64,000 bases of DNA from Psammoneis japonica (GCA_008632985.1 QPGO01000032.1:307330-371329); one strand, 5' to 3'; shown: positions 37,094 through 50,829, counted from the stretch's first letter. The notes: generated by a model not told the origin, from the sequence alone. Translations and numbers: made by a program.

Positions 37094-40000
37094 ATGGGAC
37101 GAACCAAGAATGCCAATCCCAAACGATCTCTTCATGTGACAGTGACGGAACGACGGAATCACGAGGATCATGAAACAACTGCAGCCACGATTGCTCAAGC
37201 GGAGTCCTTGGAACCACGAAGAAAGAAGCAAGTCACGTTTGCACGAGAGCTTGAGTCAACTATTGACATACCATTGATAGAGAATACAGAAGCAACTATC
37301 GTTGAAGAGGATCCGACAGTGCAGCCAGAAGTTACAGTTCATTCCCATTCCCATTCAGAGTGGACCTTGGAAATCCAGTCTGACGAATCGGCGCGAGAAG
37401 AATCAAACCGTGCTTCACCATTTTTGTTGAGGCAATATGATCTGAGCAACACGTCAGTCAGCTTGGGAAGCGAGGAAAACGGCGTTAACTTGTTTGCGAT
37501 AAGAACGGCGGAGGGTGCAGCAACCCTGGTGAAGCATTGTGAAGGTCGATTTGGCAATAAAGAGAAAGACTGGCGTTCTGTGGGAGTTGCTGTCGAGGAT
37601 GGGACAATGTCATTGATTTGCACATTTACGAATACAGTTTTGCAAGTGTCGCTATGGTTGAATCAATTGGCGTTTGAAGTGTCCTGTCCGTCCAATCTCC
37701 CAATTACAACGAGACGAAACCAATGGTCCAAGAAACAGATTCCCTGCCGAAACTTGCGGTTGGCTCTTGGCAGTCTCTTTCCACAGTCTGTGATTGCCGA
37801 TGTAGCCAAACCCCAGTCATCATCTTCTTCTGAAAGTATTACAGCCAAAATGATTTACGACGTGACGGATAATGTGCAACTCTTGGCACAAGACGAGAAC
37901 CGAAAACCGTTCCGTGACATTCCCGGCCTTGTGCCCACCTTGCGTCCTTATCAAGAAGAGGCGGTCGAATGGATGTTGAAGCGGGAAAAGCAGCAGTTGT
38001 ACACGGCAAGAGGGAGTCCAATACCCATCAAGAGTGATGAGAAGGAAGGACGAGAATGGGAAATGGCTTGGGTTGTCTTGGTCCAAGAGACGTCAGAAAC
38101 GAATAGTGAAAGCCAGTGTCAAAGACAAGGCAATATCGTAGTGCCATTGTATGAATGGAACAAACAACAAGACTCGGAGTACATCTTTTACAGTCCCTTT
38201 GCGGGGTGGCTTGCAAAAAGTGTGCAAGAGGCCCACGCCTACTCAATTCAATCTGTTTATCCCGATTGGGATCCGTCCAAGCATTCGAATCCCTACGTGT
38301 CCGGAGGTATTCTAGCGGATTCCATGGGACTAGGAAAAACAGTCGAGGTATGTTCACTACGTTTAGTTTCTGTTGTTTCGTGCCGGTACTGATCCATGGT
38401 GCTAACGCTTCCTCGTGTTTTGCGGCTTTGTCCAGGTGTTGGCTTGCATACTCGCAAATCCGTTGAAAACGAACGACAAAGGCAAAAGCTCTGTCGTTCG
38501 CAATTTGGACTTCTCCACAGATTCCGATCAAGAGGAAAAGAAACAAGACGATAATACTTTAGAAATCGTAAAGGGCAACGTGCCGCCGGCAAAGAGGCAG
38601 CGCACTGGGGAGGCGCAATCGGACGAAACGAGCCACGAAGAAAATGACAGTGGTGTAGGAAACTTTGATTATTGTCACGAATGTGAAAAGGTAAAGGGGG
38701 GCTTTTTGTTTTGCGCAGAATGCCCGCGAGCATTTCACCACGGTTGCACGCCCCAGGGCGACGACCCTGTCAACGAGGATTGGGTTTGCCACGTTTGCAA
38801 AGAAGAACAAGCTACTAGTATTCATGTGGATGGAACGGTGTCGGTTGATACTATTGCAGAGGCGTACGACCAGTATGAAGAAGCTGATGACTTTGATGCC
38901 GGTACTAAAATCCTTAGCATCACTCATGAGATTGTCACGACTCTTGAAGATCATGAGTTTGGGACTTGGTTTCGGCGTCCTGTCGACTGCGACGAGGTTC
39001 CGGGCTACGCTGAAGCAATTTCTAACCCAATGGACCTGGGAACAATAGCTTCTGATATAAGCAGCGGAGAATACGGCAATCGTTATAGCTCTTGGAACGA
39101 AATGGTGGTCTCCATTTTGACTGATCTTGAGTTGGTTTGGCATAACTGCTTTGTCTTCTATGACGAAGGATCTTATCGCTGCAAGATGGCAAAAGTGCTA
39201 CGTCAACAAAGCCAGAGAATGCAGAAGGACAGTCTTGTTTCTCTGTTGGCTGAAGATGTTGTTCGTCGAGTCCAGGGCGCCGCGGATGATTTTGAGAAGA
39301 TGCGAATCAGTGGTATCGAAGAACTGTCGACTCTTCAACGGCAAGCAACGGTGAAGAAGAAGGTTTCAGAGAACTACTCTGACTACGCCTCAATTGGAGA
39401 ATGCCTATGCGGCCATTCTGGGAAATCAAAAAAGACACTCTCCATGGTGGTGTGCCGCTCGTGTTTTGGTCCAATGCATGGGGTGTGCGCTGGATTCACG
39501 TCGGAAAAGCAGCTTCGCGAAGAGACGCAAGTGGGTACGATGAAGAATCAATATACTCACGAAGAATTTTATTGCCGAATGTGCAATGAAGATCATTGTC
39601 CTTGTTGCGCTTTTTCGAGAGATGGAGAGAGCTTGATCCAGAGTCGCGCAACACTTATTGTTGCTCCGCCGTCCATTATTAGCCAGTGGGAACGTGAGAT
39701 CAAAAGGCATACCGCAGTTCCGATGATACCAGACGCCTCCGCTGGTGCATCTTTAGCAAGTACTGGGTTGGTGTCCGGGGAGCGTGATTCAGAATCTTTG
39801 CGTCCTCTGAATGTTCTTGTTTATCCGGGTGTTAGAGAGTTGTGTAACAATGCCGGGCATAAGCCGTCCGTGAATTCGTCTGAAGATGACCGCCCCAAAA
39901 TCCATTTGATTCATCCGCGCGTCCTCGCCGATGCAGATATTGTGCTGATGCCATTTCAGGCGTTGATGGGAGACCTGACGCATTCTGCTGACAACCCATT

Positions 40001-43000
40001 TGTTGATTCACCAGGTAACAGGGGTTCTTCACAGTTGAATCTAAGAAAACGAAAAAGATTTCGGGTTGTCCCCTCGCCTCTAACCAGTATCAATTGGTGG
40101 AGAATATGCCTGGATGAGGCACAGCGTGTCGAAACTCCGACTGCGGCATCAGCGCAGATGGCGTTGAAGCTCCAAACAACGCATCGATGGTGTGTTTCAG
40201 GAACACCGGTCGGTAAAGGTAAACTGGAAGACCTGTACGGTCTAGTTCTATTTCTCGGGTTGACGCCTTTTTCTAGCAGCAGTTTCTATTCAAAATGCCT
40301 GCAGTCCTCGCATCAAGGGGTTATGGCAAGGGTGAAGCATCTGTTGCAGACAGTGTTTTGGCGATCTACAAAGTCATGCCCAAGGGTAAAGCTGGAAATG
40401 GGCGTTCCAGAGCAGGTTGAAAAGAAAGTATTCCTTCGGTTCTCGTCAATTGAGAGACATTTTTACGAAAGGCAACTGGAAGAGACCTTGTCTATTGCAA
40501 GCACAGTGGCAGGAATGCGAGAAAGCAATCAGAAAGCTACACAGATAGAATTGCTTGCTGCTCATTTACATCGACTACGTGCCGCATGTTGTCATCCTCA
40601 AGTTGGTTCTAGAGGTGTCGGACGCCAAAAGAAGAGTCGCAAATCTCAATCCGACAGTTGCGACAATGGATATGGGTCGGTGAATATAAATTCTGGGGTG
40701 CTTACAATGGACCAGATTCTTGATCGATTGATTGATGATGCAAAGACAAAATGTGAGGAAGCCCAGAGACTTGCCGTAATGCATAAAAATGCGTTGGCTT
40801 GCCTGTCGAGACTCAAAGTGGATGCGCGAGGCTTCGGCATTTCAGTTGACGAAAGCGACAAAGAGCTTTTGACTCGAAGCTGTGAAGCATATCAGGAATC
40901 TTTGGATCTTATGGACACCAATGCTGAACCTAGCGCTGTCGTAGGTGAATCCATGATCACAGGCTGCACAGGCTTTCGTAGATCTCGAGAAATAGTTCGA
41001 GACGGAAAGGCCATTCTTGATTGGCAGCTGATATCACACGATGCGTGTGGTGAGCAGACCGAGAGCCATGGTGGTCTGAGGGAGGTGTGGGCGCGAATAG
41101 ATTTTGAAGGCCCTTCCAAAAAGCTAGTTCAGATAAGGATACAACCGATCCGGCATTTGCCAGCAGCCCTGTACGAAGAGCGTGGGACGGGCTTTCATGT
41201 TCTTCGACCGAAAGACTGCATATTGCAGGTTTCCAGCGCTTCTGTTGGTGGCATGTTTGTGGATGTTGTGCGTTTCACGTTGCCGGCATCTGAGCAGAAC
41301 GATACTGCTGATACCTGGTTGACTTTCGGGGGATTTCGTACTAATAAGTCTAAAAGTTGGCGCTTGCTGGTGAAGAACTACCACGGAACGGATCTGATGG
41401 AGTTCCCCCCGCAGGCAACTGCTCGCTCGTTGTACGTAGGAGTGGAAGTGGAACTGATGGAGGCCTCTATTGCAATGGACACCCTTCCGCGTCTTCACGT
41501 GCTACATAATTTGTCGTTGTCATTGTCATCTCTGCTGGAGCAAGGAAAGCAAACACCTGAGAGCGCATCTGATGCTGATGGGTCCCTGTCGACAGACGAA
41601 TCAGGAGCTTCTGCTGATGTAAAAACAAAAATGCTACGCATGAAGGCCGAAGCAGAGAAAATTGAGTCGTTGTATATGGATGCAGCCAGAACTGTTCATG
41701 GTGAGAGTCAACGGCAGTTGCAGATTGCGATGGAACAGCGCAGGTCGCTCGAGCGCGACTTGCTTCGTGTTAAACTCCTAGCCCGAAAGTCTGCGAAGAA
41801 TCCCAATGCCACAGATAGTTACTGGGACGATGCCTGGTGGGATGACCTGTTATCCGCATGCCACTTACATGCCTCTATATCAGAGCGACTTGCACTATGC
41901 GATAAGGTTGCAGGTGATCTGAATGACTTTTACGCGGATACTGTAGCTGGAATAGCAAGTAAGAAGCGATTTCCTCAGTTCCATAATGCCGGTGGGCTGA
42001 AGGTCGCCCTTTCCTTATATATTGATGAGGTGGTGACTCAGAAGCATTCCCCGTGTATCGAGTCTGTAACAAAGTTGAGTGCAAATCCAGAGGAAGACGA
42101 AATAGTTGAAAACAGCCACTGCAAAGTGTGTAGAGAAGACTGGTGAGATCCTTGTTCGCGACCCATATCGAAACATGCGAAAGTCGTCTTTTTATTCCTA
42201 TGTCGTTTCTGACACGATACGCTGGATTCTCCTCCTACGTAGGAATCAAAAAGGGCCCAAATGCAGGCATTGCAAGTTGGAGGATGCGCTGGAGCAGTTA
42301 GAGAACGACCCGGTGTTGCTCTGTGTCTTGAATTCACTTTCGAAATGGACAAGGGAATCGAAAACAACAGGTGCTCTGCGATCCGCAATGCTTGCGGCTA
42401 AGGTCGACGAACGAGCCAAACTGTTTTTCAAGGTTGTCAAAGCAGCAGAGAAAGAAAGATTAGCGGCACGAGCTGCATGGAGTTGTCATTTTGATCTACT
42501 CAGCGATGTTGACGAGCTAATCCAGTGCAAGCAAACCATGAGACTTGCCCATGAAGGAGAGGATTTAAGCGACTTGACCGAGGAAGAACAGAATTTCATA
42601 GTGGCGCCTTGTGACATTGCCGCAAAATGCATGGACCATGAAGCGAGGAATGCAATGGCTTTGGGAGATTTGCGAAGGTGCAGAAATACTCTTCGGTACC
42701 TTAAGAATCAGAATGCAGAGCGGCGCGAAGAAAGAAGGGTCCGTAAACAGCACCGAGGTGGACGTTCAGACGCAGCTGAGGATAGGAAAGCAAGCTGTGT
42801 CGTCTGCCTAAACCCACTTGACGGAGATAGGGCCGTTCTTGGTTGTGGGCATTCATTTCACTACTCTCCGTGCTTGGAGAATATAATGAAACGTGGTTTC
42901 AGTCGTCAGACTATAACTTGCCCATTGCGATGTTCATTGAAAACGAAGCGTGAAGATGTGCTAATTGCAACTGACAAGAGAAAAGACGATGGTAGCCGGT

Positions 43001-43629
43001 CCAGACGTGAAGTGAAAGGGAGTTGGGGTACAAAAGTTACTCGCCTTGTAAGCGACGTAATGGATGTATCTGACCGGGGCGAGAAAGGCATTGTTTTCTC
43101 TCAGTGGGAGGATATGCTGGAAGTTGTTGAGCAAGCTCTAGCGCAGAATAACGTCCACTACGTTCGAGCGACGAGTCTCGTCCACATTGGCGAAAGTCTC
43201 AAATCCTTTCGTTCGTCGGCGAACTCGGTTCTTCTTCTTAATGTGAAGAATGCAGGTGAAGGATTGACACTTGTTGAAGCGACTCATGTCTTCATGGTGG
43301 AACCCTTGCTGAACTGTGGTCTCGACAGTCAAGGTGAGTGAATGCTCGGAGTTGTGTCTCTTAGTCTCTTGGACGTCGTCTTACTCTCCTGTGTCCTTTT
43401 TACATTAGCTATCAATCGAATTCACCGAATTGGACAGGCGTGCAAAACGTATGTGCATCGCTACGTAATTGAAGATACAGTCGAAGTGAAGATCGACAAA
43501 ATGCGGTCAGAAAAACAAGACGATCAAATTGAAGATTTGATCAACAATTCTAAAGTAAAACAAGGTGTACGTGGCGGCGGCATTGATGGTGGATTGAGTC
43601 AGGCAGAACTGCACCAGCTATTGCATTAA
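37094..43629 (+). CDS. SHPRH: SHPRH-like SNF2 helicase / RING E3 ligase with PHD, bromodomain and PHD insert; introns 38348-38435, 42143-42242, 43334-43408
   Basis: LRPYQEEAVEWM, GGILADSMGLGKTVE, QWEREI, WWRICLDEAQ, RWCVSGTP, LRAACCHPQ, RING CVVC..CGHSF..C, FSQW, GLTLVEATHV, QAINRIHRIGQ. All three introns are GT-AG and in frame. Confidence 0.92.
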
Positions 43630-44191
43630 AGTTATATTAGAAGCATGATAGTGGCGACTGCGGCCAGATATCCTTTCCTCTACTATAGCAGCAACAAGTT
43701 GGACGAAGCAGTTTTGTAGCGAGTATGCAGTTCGCAAAATTACCTACTGAATAAGTGAAAAAAATCCATTGTAGCCGCCATCATCTCTCTGTTAAACTGA
43801 ACACGCCCAAATGTTCAGCAAGGATCAGTAAGGGGCAAGAGGAACAGTTTTAAATACACATGCACCCGTACCCAAGCAGGGCTGGTGAGTAATTACTAGC
43901 TAGCTGGTAGCCGCCAAAGATATTTCGAATTTCGGGTGCTCGACATTATAACCGGGTGCCCATGCCCACCAAAATCGAAAAAAAAATCTGTGACAGCTTC
44001 TTTAGTAGTAGAATTGCTTCAACTCGCCAAACAGATGAAAAGCAAGCCCACTTCAAATGGTGGAATGACATGACCAGCAGTATGTCAGCAACCAATTACA
44101 TATCCGTTACAAAAGTCGTGACCCGTTAGCTATCACAGTCTTACTGTATGTTTTAGCTGTAGAACGTGGGAAAGAATGAGTCCGGCAAAAA

Positions 44192-45340
44192 TTAACTTTT
44201 GTTTCGGAATAGCAGTAGCTCCCTGCTAAGATTTCGAGTCCGAGATACATCCCAACCATAGCCATCCTCTCGAGCATTCTTCAACAGCTCAATCTTTGCC
44301 TCTTTTCCACGGCAATAATTAGCGTGGTAAGTGATGGGGTGATCATTTGCGGGACGTCCATTCTTACCAACGGGATAATCGAAGACATCCAAACAACAGA
44401 GACGAGCGGTTGTACTAGTCGATTTGGCTGTCTGCTTTGCGGATTCTCCAGCAACTATTGCATCGACCTCCTTGCCAGTGCAGTGTGTAATGCTTTCACT
44501 TGGCGCATGGTCAGCCTGCTTTGTCAATCCAAATCCCAAGTAGTGAAAAACTCTCCAGAACATGGTTTGGTCGTCCAATCGATTCATTGGGTGACCGCAG
44601 AGCCTGAGTGTTTCTTGAATCACTTGTTGGTAAAAGGCGTTGGAGTGAGACAAATAATAAAAACCGGTATTCCCCTCTCTTGGAATTTCGCCCTGCGTTA
44701 AGCAGGGGTCCGAGCGCGATGTATTGAAACGATGAGCTGGCTGGTAAATGTAATCGTACCGCCGCGATTGGATGAGTTTGCCAAGGTCGTGCGCAAAGGG
44801 ATTCTCGAAAAAGATATTATCGCAATCCGAAAACACAACATCAAATTTGCACCCTTGCAAGATGTGCAAGACCTGTCTCAATTTGTTACAGGAAAGAGTG
44901 TTAAAGCCCCTCTCGCGAAAGAGCATTTCGCCTTGGACCGCGTACTCTGGATTCGTCGGCACGACTCTGGCACCCTGTTTTGTGAGGACTCGGTAAATAT
45001 CCTCGTCCAAGGCTAAAACTGCCCACTGTAGATTTTGTTTCCCAGCCAAGTACTCCCAGTTTTGAAGAATATCGAGGTAGCCATAATTAGCAGCTGTCAA
45101 GATGACAGTCCTTTCCCATCCTCGTCGTTGCTCCTCATGAGACGTATCGTTGCGAAAGACGCCCACGGCCTCGCGCACTGCCAAGGGACAACGATCAGCC
45201 TTACGAAACATTGAACTGCTGGCATCGCTAAAGTAGTCCCCAAGAAAATGCTGGTACGAAGATATCCATGTCATTACAGCCACGCCAACACAGAAAGAAC
45301 AGAGACGGCCTCGGGAAAATAGTCGCGTCTTTCGTCGCAT
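44192..45340 (-). CDS. Nucleotide-diphospho-sugar transferase (GT77-like)
   Basis: Type II anchor; TAANYGYLDILQNW, VVFSDCDNIFFENPF, NTGFYY, DDQTMF, YHANY. Confidence 0.9.
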   Translation of the reverse strand: MRRKTRLFSRGRLCSFCVGVAVMTWISSYQHFLGDYFSDASSSMFRKADRCPLAVREAVGVFRNDTSHEEQRRGWERTVILTAANYGYLDILQNWEYLAGKQNLQWAVLALDEDIYRVLTKQGARVVPTNPEYAVQGEMLFRERGFNTLSCNKLRQVLHILQGCKFDVVFSDCDNIFFENPFAHDLGKLIQSRRYDYIYQPAHRFNTSRSDPCLTQGEIPREGNTGFYYLSHSNAFYQQVIQETLRLCGHPMNRLDDQTMFWRVFHYLGFGLTKQADHAPSESITHCTGKEVDAIVAGESAKQTAKSTSTTARLCCLDVFDYPVGKNGRPANDHPITYHANYCRGKEAKIELLKNAREDGYGWDVSRTRNLSRELLLFRNKS

Positions 45341-46719
45341 TTTTCTCAGAGACTTTTTGTGCCGATCTTAGTCAGTCGCGTCTCTACTGTTGCTTCAAGG
45401 AAGGATCTATCTTTAACAGCGATTGGAGGGTATCTTATCCAACTACTGTCTATACCCTGGATTCAATGCATTGCCTGTGAAAGTTGAAAGTGAAAAGGTA
45501 AGGTGTAAATACCGGTGCCGATACGGTAAGGTTGTTGGTGTTGGCAGTTAGTTGAAGCCGAATGCCGGTCGAACGAGTCGAGAGGTGGCGCGCAGAGTGC
45601 ATGCATTTTGTTGTTTTTTTTGGTTTTTTGTTGCTTTTTGCAGTTTTTCGTTGTTGTGAAAATCGTGTTTGTTCCCCCGTTTGTTTGGCAAGACAAAATG
45701 CAACAGAGCGCCACAGCCGGCCCACCTTGGTTCAGGGGTGGGTGCTGCTGGCTGGTGCCTTGGCAGGTGAGAGATGTTGAGAGGTGCAAGTTGCTGTCAG
45801 AGCAGTGGGAACAGAGCTGCTCTCTCCTCTTTGCCCCCCCCCCCCCCCCCNTGCTCTTTCTTTTTTCATGCTCGCTGCTCTGCTCGGAGAGATCTTCAAC
45901 AGCCAACCCTCTGCTGGTGCAAGTGAAGTGGCAAAAACAAAGGGGAAAAGCTGTCTGGCTGCACTGTGTGAGCCCAGGGGCAAGGCAGCAGCACCCTGGA
46001 TTGCCGGCATTGTGAAGTCACAGCAGCAAGAGATGAGAACCCGCTCACAGCGTGCCACACATGAGAAAACAACAATCCCATGGCAAGTGTGCATGGCACA
46101 ACAAAAAAGGGGGCAGCCAGTTTTAACTTGGCCCTTAAATTTATTTTTCAATGCTGTGCCACCTCCCTGGGCAGCACTTTTTGGCTTTGCCTTCTTGTGG
46201 CACACTGTTTGAAAGCTGCCTGGTGTGATTTTTTGTGTCATGAGGAAGAAGCAGCAGTCTCCACCACTGAGCACAAAAAAAACAGCCTCTGGAAAAGAGC
46301 AGGGTGTGGGTGCAAATGTTCAGCTGTGGTGCCAATTTTGTTTGGAGGGCAGGATTGGAGCTGTGTGAGTGCAGCAGCAGGGTGAGAAAGTTGAGAAACT
46401 TCAGGGCAAGAAATGTGAAGTGAACAAACAGGGGCACCCCCTGTTTCACTTGTTGCACCCACGCTCCAACCAGCACACTGCCTGCCAACCACATCTGGGA
46501 CACCAACAATCTGGGTGTCAAACACCTCCCATCAAGATTTTTTGAAATGAAGCCAGGCAAATTCTTCATTCAATCCAAGACTTTGCCGATTTGTCCAATC
46601 TGCATTCATGAAATGTTCGACAACAAACGTCTGCATTCCTGAAGTTGACATTTTCTCTGCCGCATGCACAAAATAATGACTCTCTGCAAATCATCACTTT
46701 TTTCTTTCTTGCTTTGCAC

Positions 46720-49700
46720 CATGACCACTCCCTCTCCCTCTCCTTCTCCTTTGGTCAATGTCAAGCTCTTGGCTGAAGTTCTCCACCCTGCCGACCTTCC
46801 TGACGTGCCTGCTGTTGCCCTCACAACTGATGCCATTCGTGACATTGTTCTCAAGATGCTCAAGCATCATGATCAGCATGTCTCTCCACTTCTTTTCACC
46901 CTTGGCTCTGTGATGCTTTCTCAAACCAAGAAACGCTCCTGTCCCCATCAGAGCCAGTGGGCTTCCCACTTTCATGTTGCTCTCCATCCCGTGGTTCCGG
47001 AAGGGTCTGCCTTTGACTTCCTCTCCTTCTGCAATCAGGCGCTTTCCTTTCTGCTCCAAAAGTGGCACCTTCATCCCATGTCCCACTTCGCTGTGTTCTG
47101 CTCCATCAGTTCCTTCTCTAACTTCCCACACCCAGACCATTCGCTGGCCCCGTTGTGGACAACCCATGGGTGTGGCATTGCACCTTCATGACACCCACTT
47201 GCAACTTCTTTGATGAGAAGGCCCATGGCATCCTCGCTGGCCCATCCCCTGCCCTCTGTGGTGCCTCTCGGTGCACCTGCAAGTTCCTTTTGTTGCATCT
47301 CCACTCCTTCCTTGTTGGGAAAATTTCCAGTGCTGCTGCCAACCCCATTCTTCAATCCTTTCAAGACTGTCCTGCCTTCCTTGATCTCATTGGCATTGGA
47401 CCTTCCCAGTGTCCCGCCAGCTCTTCTCAGCTCCGTCACTGTTCCCTTTGAGTCTTCTGTGTCTCTGCTGCTTCCAATGCGGTTTGGAACACTCTCCTCA
47501 ATGTCGCCAACCCACCCAACTCTCCGCCTGCTCCATTTTCCATTTTGGGCACTTCTGCTGCCATCACCCCCTTTCCTGATTCCGCCAACTTCTCTGCTGC
47601 TTACAATGGCCTGTCAGAGCTCATCTCCTGCCAAAGCAACATGGTCGTGGTTGTCTCTGATTGGCTCAAGCTTCCTTTGACTCAGCCCAGCATCACCTGT
47701 CTCCTCTCTGCTGCAAACCTTCAGTCTCTCATTCCTGTGTTCTCTGCCCATGATGCCCTTCCAATCAAGTGCAAGCTCCTCCTCTTCCCATCTCCTTGCG
47801 CCATCGCTCTTGCAGATTCCAACCTGCACAACTGTTCCGGCTTCCCCTCCAACCTCCTTGCCTCTGAAATGGACACTTCCCTTGCTGCTGATGCAGCCTC
47901 CCCATCCTGTGCCTCTGCTGCTCATCAGCCACGCCTGCCCCCTCTTGTGACTCTTTTTCCTGTCAGGCTCTTGAGCTGCTTGCTCAAGATTGGCAGATCC
48001 CTGAGCCCCAGGATCTGCCCCCTGCTGAGCCTCTTCCATGCTTCCATCCACAAGCTTGCTCTCCAAATGCTCAGCCTCCTCCCTCCAAACGTCCCCACCC
48101 TTCCTCCGACACTTCTGCACTTCCAACTGATGTTCCTGATGCAATCATGCAGACTGAGGCTGATGACTCTGTCACTCCTCAGCAGCCCCAGTGCGAGATG
48201 GAACTCTTGGACACTCCTCTTTACAAAGCCGCTGCTTGGGCTGCATCCCTGACCTCGCTTCTCTCAGCGACCTCATCGCCTCGCAGAACCCACCAAACCC
48301 CTTTTGTTCCTGGTCTTTTTCATCTGCAGATGCTTCCTCACTGCCTGCTGCTGTGCGTGGCCATCTTCACCAGGAGCATCCTCGCCTGTCTCTTTCCCAA
48401 GTGTCTGCTGCATTCTTTGATGCTGCTGGCTTGCATGTCTGCAGACATTGCAATCACAGCCAATGTGCCTGCTTCTCTTCCATGCACCTCCACAATCACT
48501 TGCAGAATGAGCACTTTGCTCCCTGCTCCACCCTTGATGCCAACATCATCCTTTCATCTCTCCCTGACATTGGTGACTGGCACTCTGCACTCCAATGGCT
48601 TCACTCTTTCACACCTGTGCCTCTGCCTTTCCAAGCTTCCTGCTGCCACAAGCTCTCTCTTTCTGCCAAGAAAGAGCTCTGCTCTGCTCTTCACCATGTG
48701 GTGCGCTGGATCCTTGCTTCCTCCCAACCCCTGTCTGATCCCACTCATCTCATTCCTTTGTGGCAGCGTGACTCTGAGCCTTTTTGGAAGCTGCTGTTGC
48801 TCTTTGAAGCCCTTGTCCTTGCCCCCATCCCTTGGTGCTCTAAATTTGCTCCCACTGTCACCTTGCACCTGGCTCTCTTCCATTGTGGCTCCATTCACCA
48901 GCTCCATCAAGAAGCCTGTTCCCCATGCATCTCGCCTTTCTGTCTCTCCTCCCAACTTCTCCGCCTCCCCCTGCTGTTTTTCCACCCAAGTTTGTGCTGA
49001 TGAAGACAACTTCCACTCCGCCTGCTCCAAGCTCACCTCCGCACTTCCAGCAGCCGCTGTTGCCCCCAAGTGCCTCCTCAACATCCTCAAGCTCTGTCCA
49101 TCCCGCCTGCATCCCTCCAACATTCCCACTGCTCCCTCAACTTGATCTGCTTCCTCCCTTCACAATGAGCCCATTGAGCTCTCCGTCAATGCTCTCCTTT
49201 CTGCTCTTTCCAAGTGCAAACCTGGCACCGCTGCTGGCATCTTTGCAGACTCCACTGATCTCTTCAAATCTTGTGTGCTCCACTCTGCCAGAACCCCACA
49301 GGAGACTCCCAGCATCCTCATTTGCCCTCCTTCCGTGAGCTCATCCTTCTTCTCCTTCATGGCTCCATCCCCTCCTCCATCCATCCCTTGCTTGCCTCGA
49401 ATTACTTTGTCGCCCTCCACAAGGATGCCACCGATCTGGAGAAACTCCATCCCATCGGTGTTGGAACTGCCCTCCGACATGTCACCGGCTTGGTCATCAT
49501 GACCCTGTTTGGCTCTGCTTTCACAGAATGCCCCCTTCCTGATGGTCAATTTGGCACTGGTGTTAAAGGCGGCCTTGACTGTCTCATCCATTCTGCCCAT
49601 GCCAACATTGGGCTCCATCTTTCTGTGGCAGATCCAGCCAAAGTCCTCCTTCTTTTGGATTTGGTCAACATGTTCAACGAAGCTTCCTGTGATGCCTGTC

Positions 49701-49993
49701 ACCACCCACTTTCCTCCATTGATGCCTTCCACCCACTTCTTCCCTTCTTTGATCTTGTGTGCCAAAACTCCAATGCCTGCTGGTGTTGTCGGCCAGACTC
49801 CACCTGGGATTCCTTTGTTCAAGAAGAAGGCTTTGCCCAAGGCTGCCCCCTTGGTCCTGTCTTTGTGAGCCTTGTCCTCTCTCTTGTCCTTTGCCTGATT
49901 AACCAAGAACTTGGTGAGTGCATTCCAGGCTGCTCTCCCACCTCTGTGGGCTCCTTCATCAATGACGCCCATGCTTTTCTTCCCCATCCATGA
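46720..49993 (+). mobile_element. Decayed non-LTR retrotransposon (CRE/RLE-like), truncated just after the RT catalytic motif; 5' end approximate
   Basis: C2H2-like CRHC...HLHNHLQNEH; RT motifs FVALHKD, LHPIGVGTALRH, QFGTGVKGG, LDLVNMFN, EEGFAQGCPLGP, FIND (degenerate [YF]xDD). Confidence 0.85.
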
Positions 49994-50054
49994 CTTGTGA
50001 GAAGCATGAGATGCGCTTCACTTTTGTAGACTGTCTTGTTTCTTCAGGCATTGA

Positions 50055-50600
50055 GAAGGAAAAGTGGGTGTCATGTGCAGTCAATGTGCAGTCAATGTGC
50101 AGTCATGCAAGTGAGGGGTGATTTTTGTGAGCATGTGTGCAGTCTGTGCATGCAAAATTCAAGTGGATTCTGGTGCCACAGTTGGTGTGTTGGGACGCTG
50201 TTGTTGTCTTGTCAGCAGCACATTGGTGGTCTCTGCAGACAGCAGGTCAGTGTTCCACAGTTTGGGCATCCTGCCATTGTCTCAGGGGATTGTGCATGGC
50301 ATTCCCACATCTCAGATCAGCTCCAGACATCCCAATGGGAGGATGGTGCAGGTTTGTCCCTTTACAAACATTGAAGGGCCCTGCTCTGGATGGGCTGGCA
50401 CTCGTTCAGACAGAATGCCAACCTGCCATCTACAGAGACTGCCATGGTGCTGCTGACAAGAAAACAACAGCATCCCAACACACCAGCTGTGGCACCAGAA
50501 TTCACTTGAGCTTTGAGAGCACAGACGGCAAAACTTGCACATCAAAACCACCCCTTGCTTGCATGACTGCATCAACTGCATGATGCCCACTTTTCCTTTT
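50055..50600. repeat. Long imperfect inverted repeat (foldback / MITE-like), arms ~250 bp
   Basis: ttctggtgccacagttggtgtgttgggacgctgttgttgtcttgtcagcagcac on the left matches the reverse complement of ~50447-50500. The + and - ORFs 50036 and 50312 both read FWCHSWCVG.LL.SCQQH. Confidence 0.9.
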
Positions 50601-50829
50601 TGGAAACAGGGTCTGTGTTGTGCAAAATGAGACAAAAAACATGCAGAGTGACATTGTCATGACAATGTTTGCTTGGGGCAATGTTGCCGGCCGGCAACTG
50701 CCACTGCACCACCACCATGCAACTGCAGTGTTTAAAAAATGGGGGACAGCACGCACGTGCAGAAAAAAACTGAAAAACAATTCTCAGAAAAAATTGCTTC
50801 ACCTCAATGACCTGTCAGCTTTGTTGCAT

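Noticed and set aside
45834..45851. Poly-C run ending in N as a G-quadruplex or element boundary
   Set aside because: The ambiguous base indicates assembly uncertainty; run length is unreliable.
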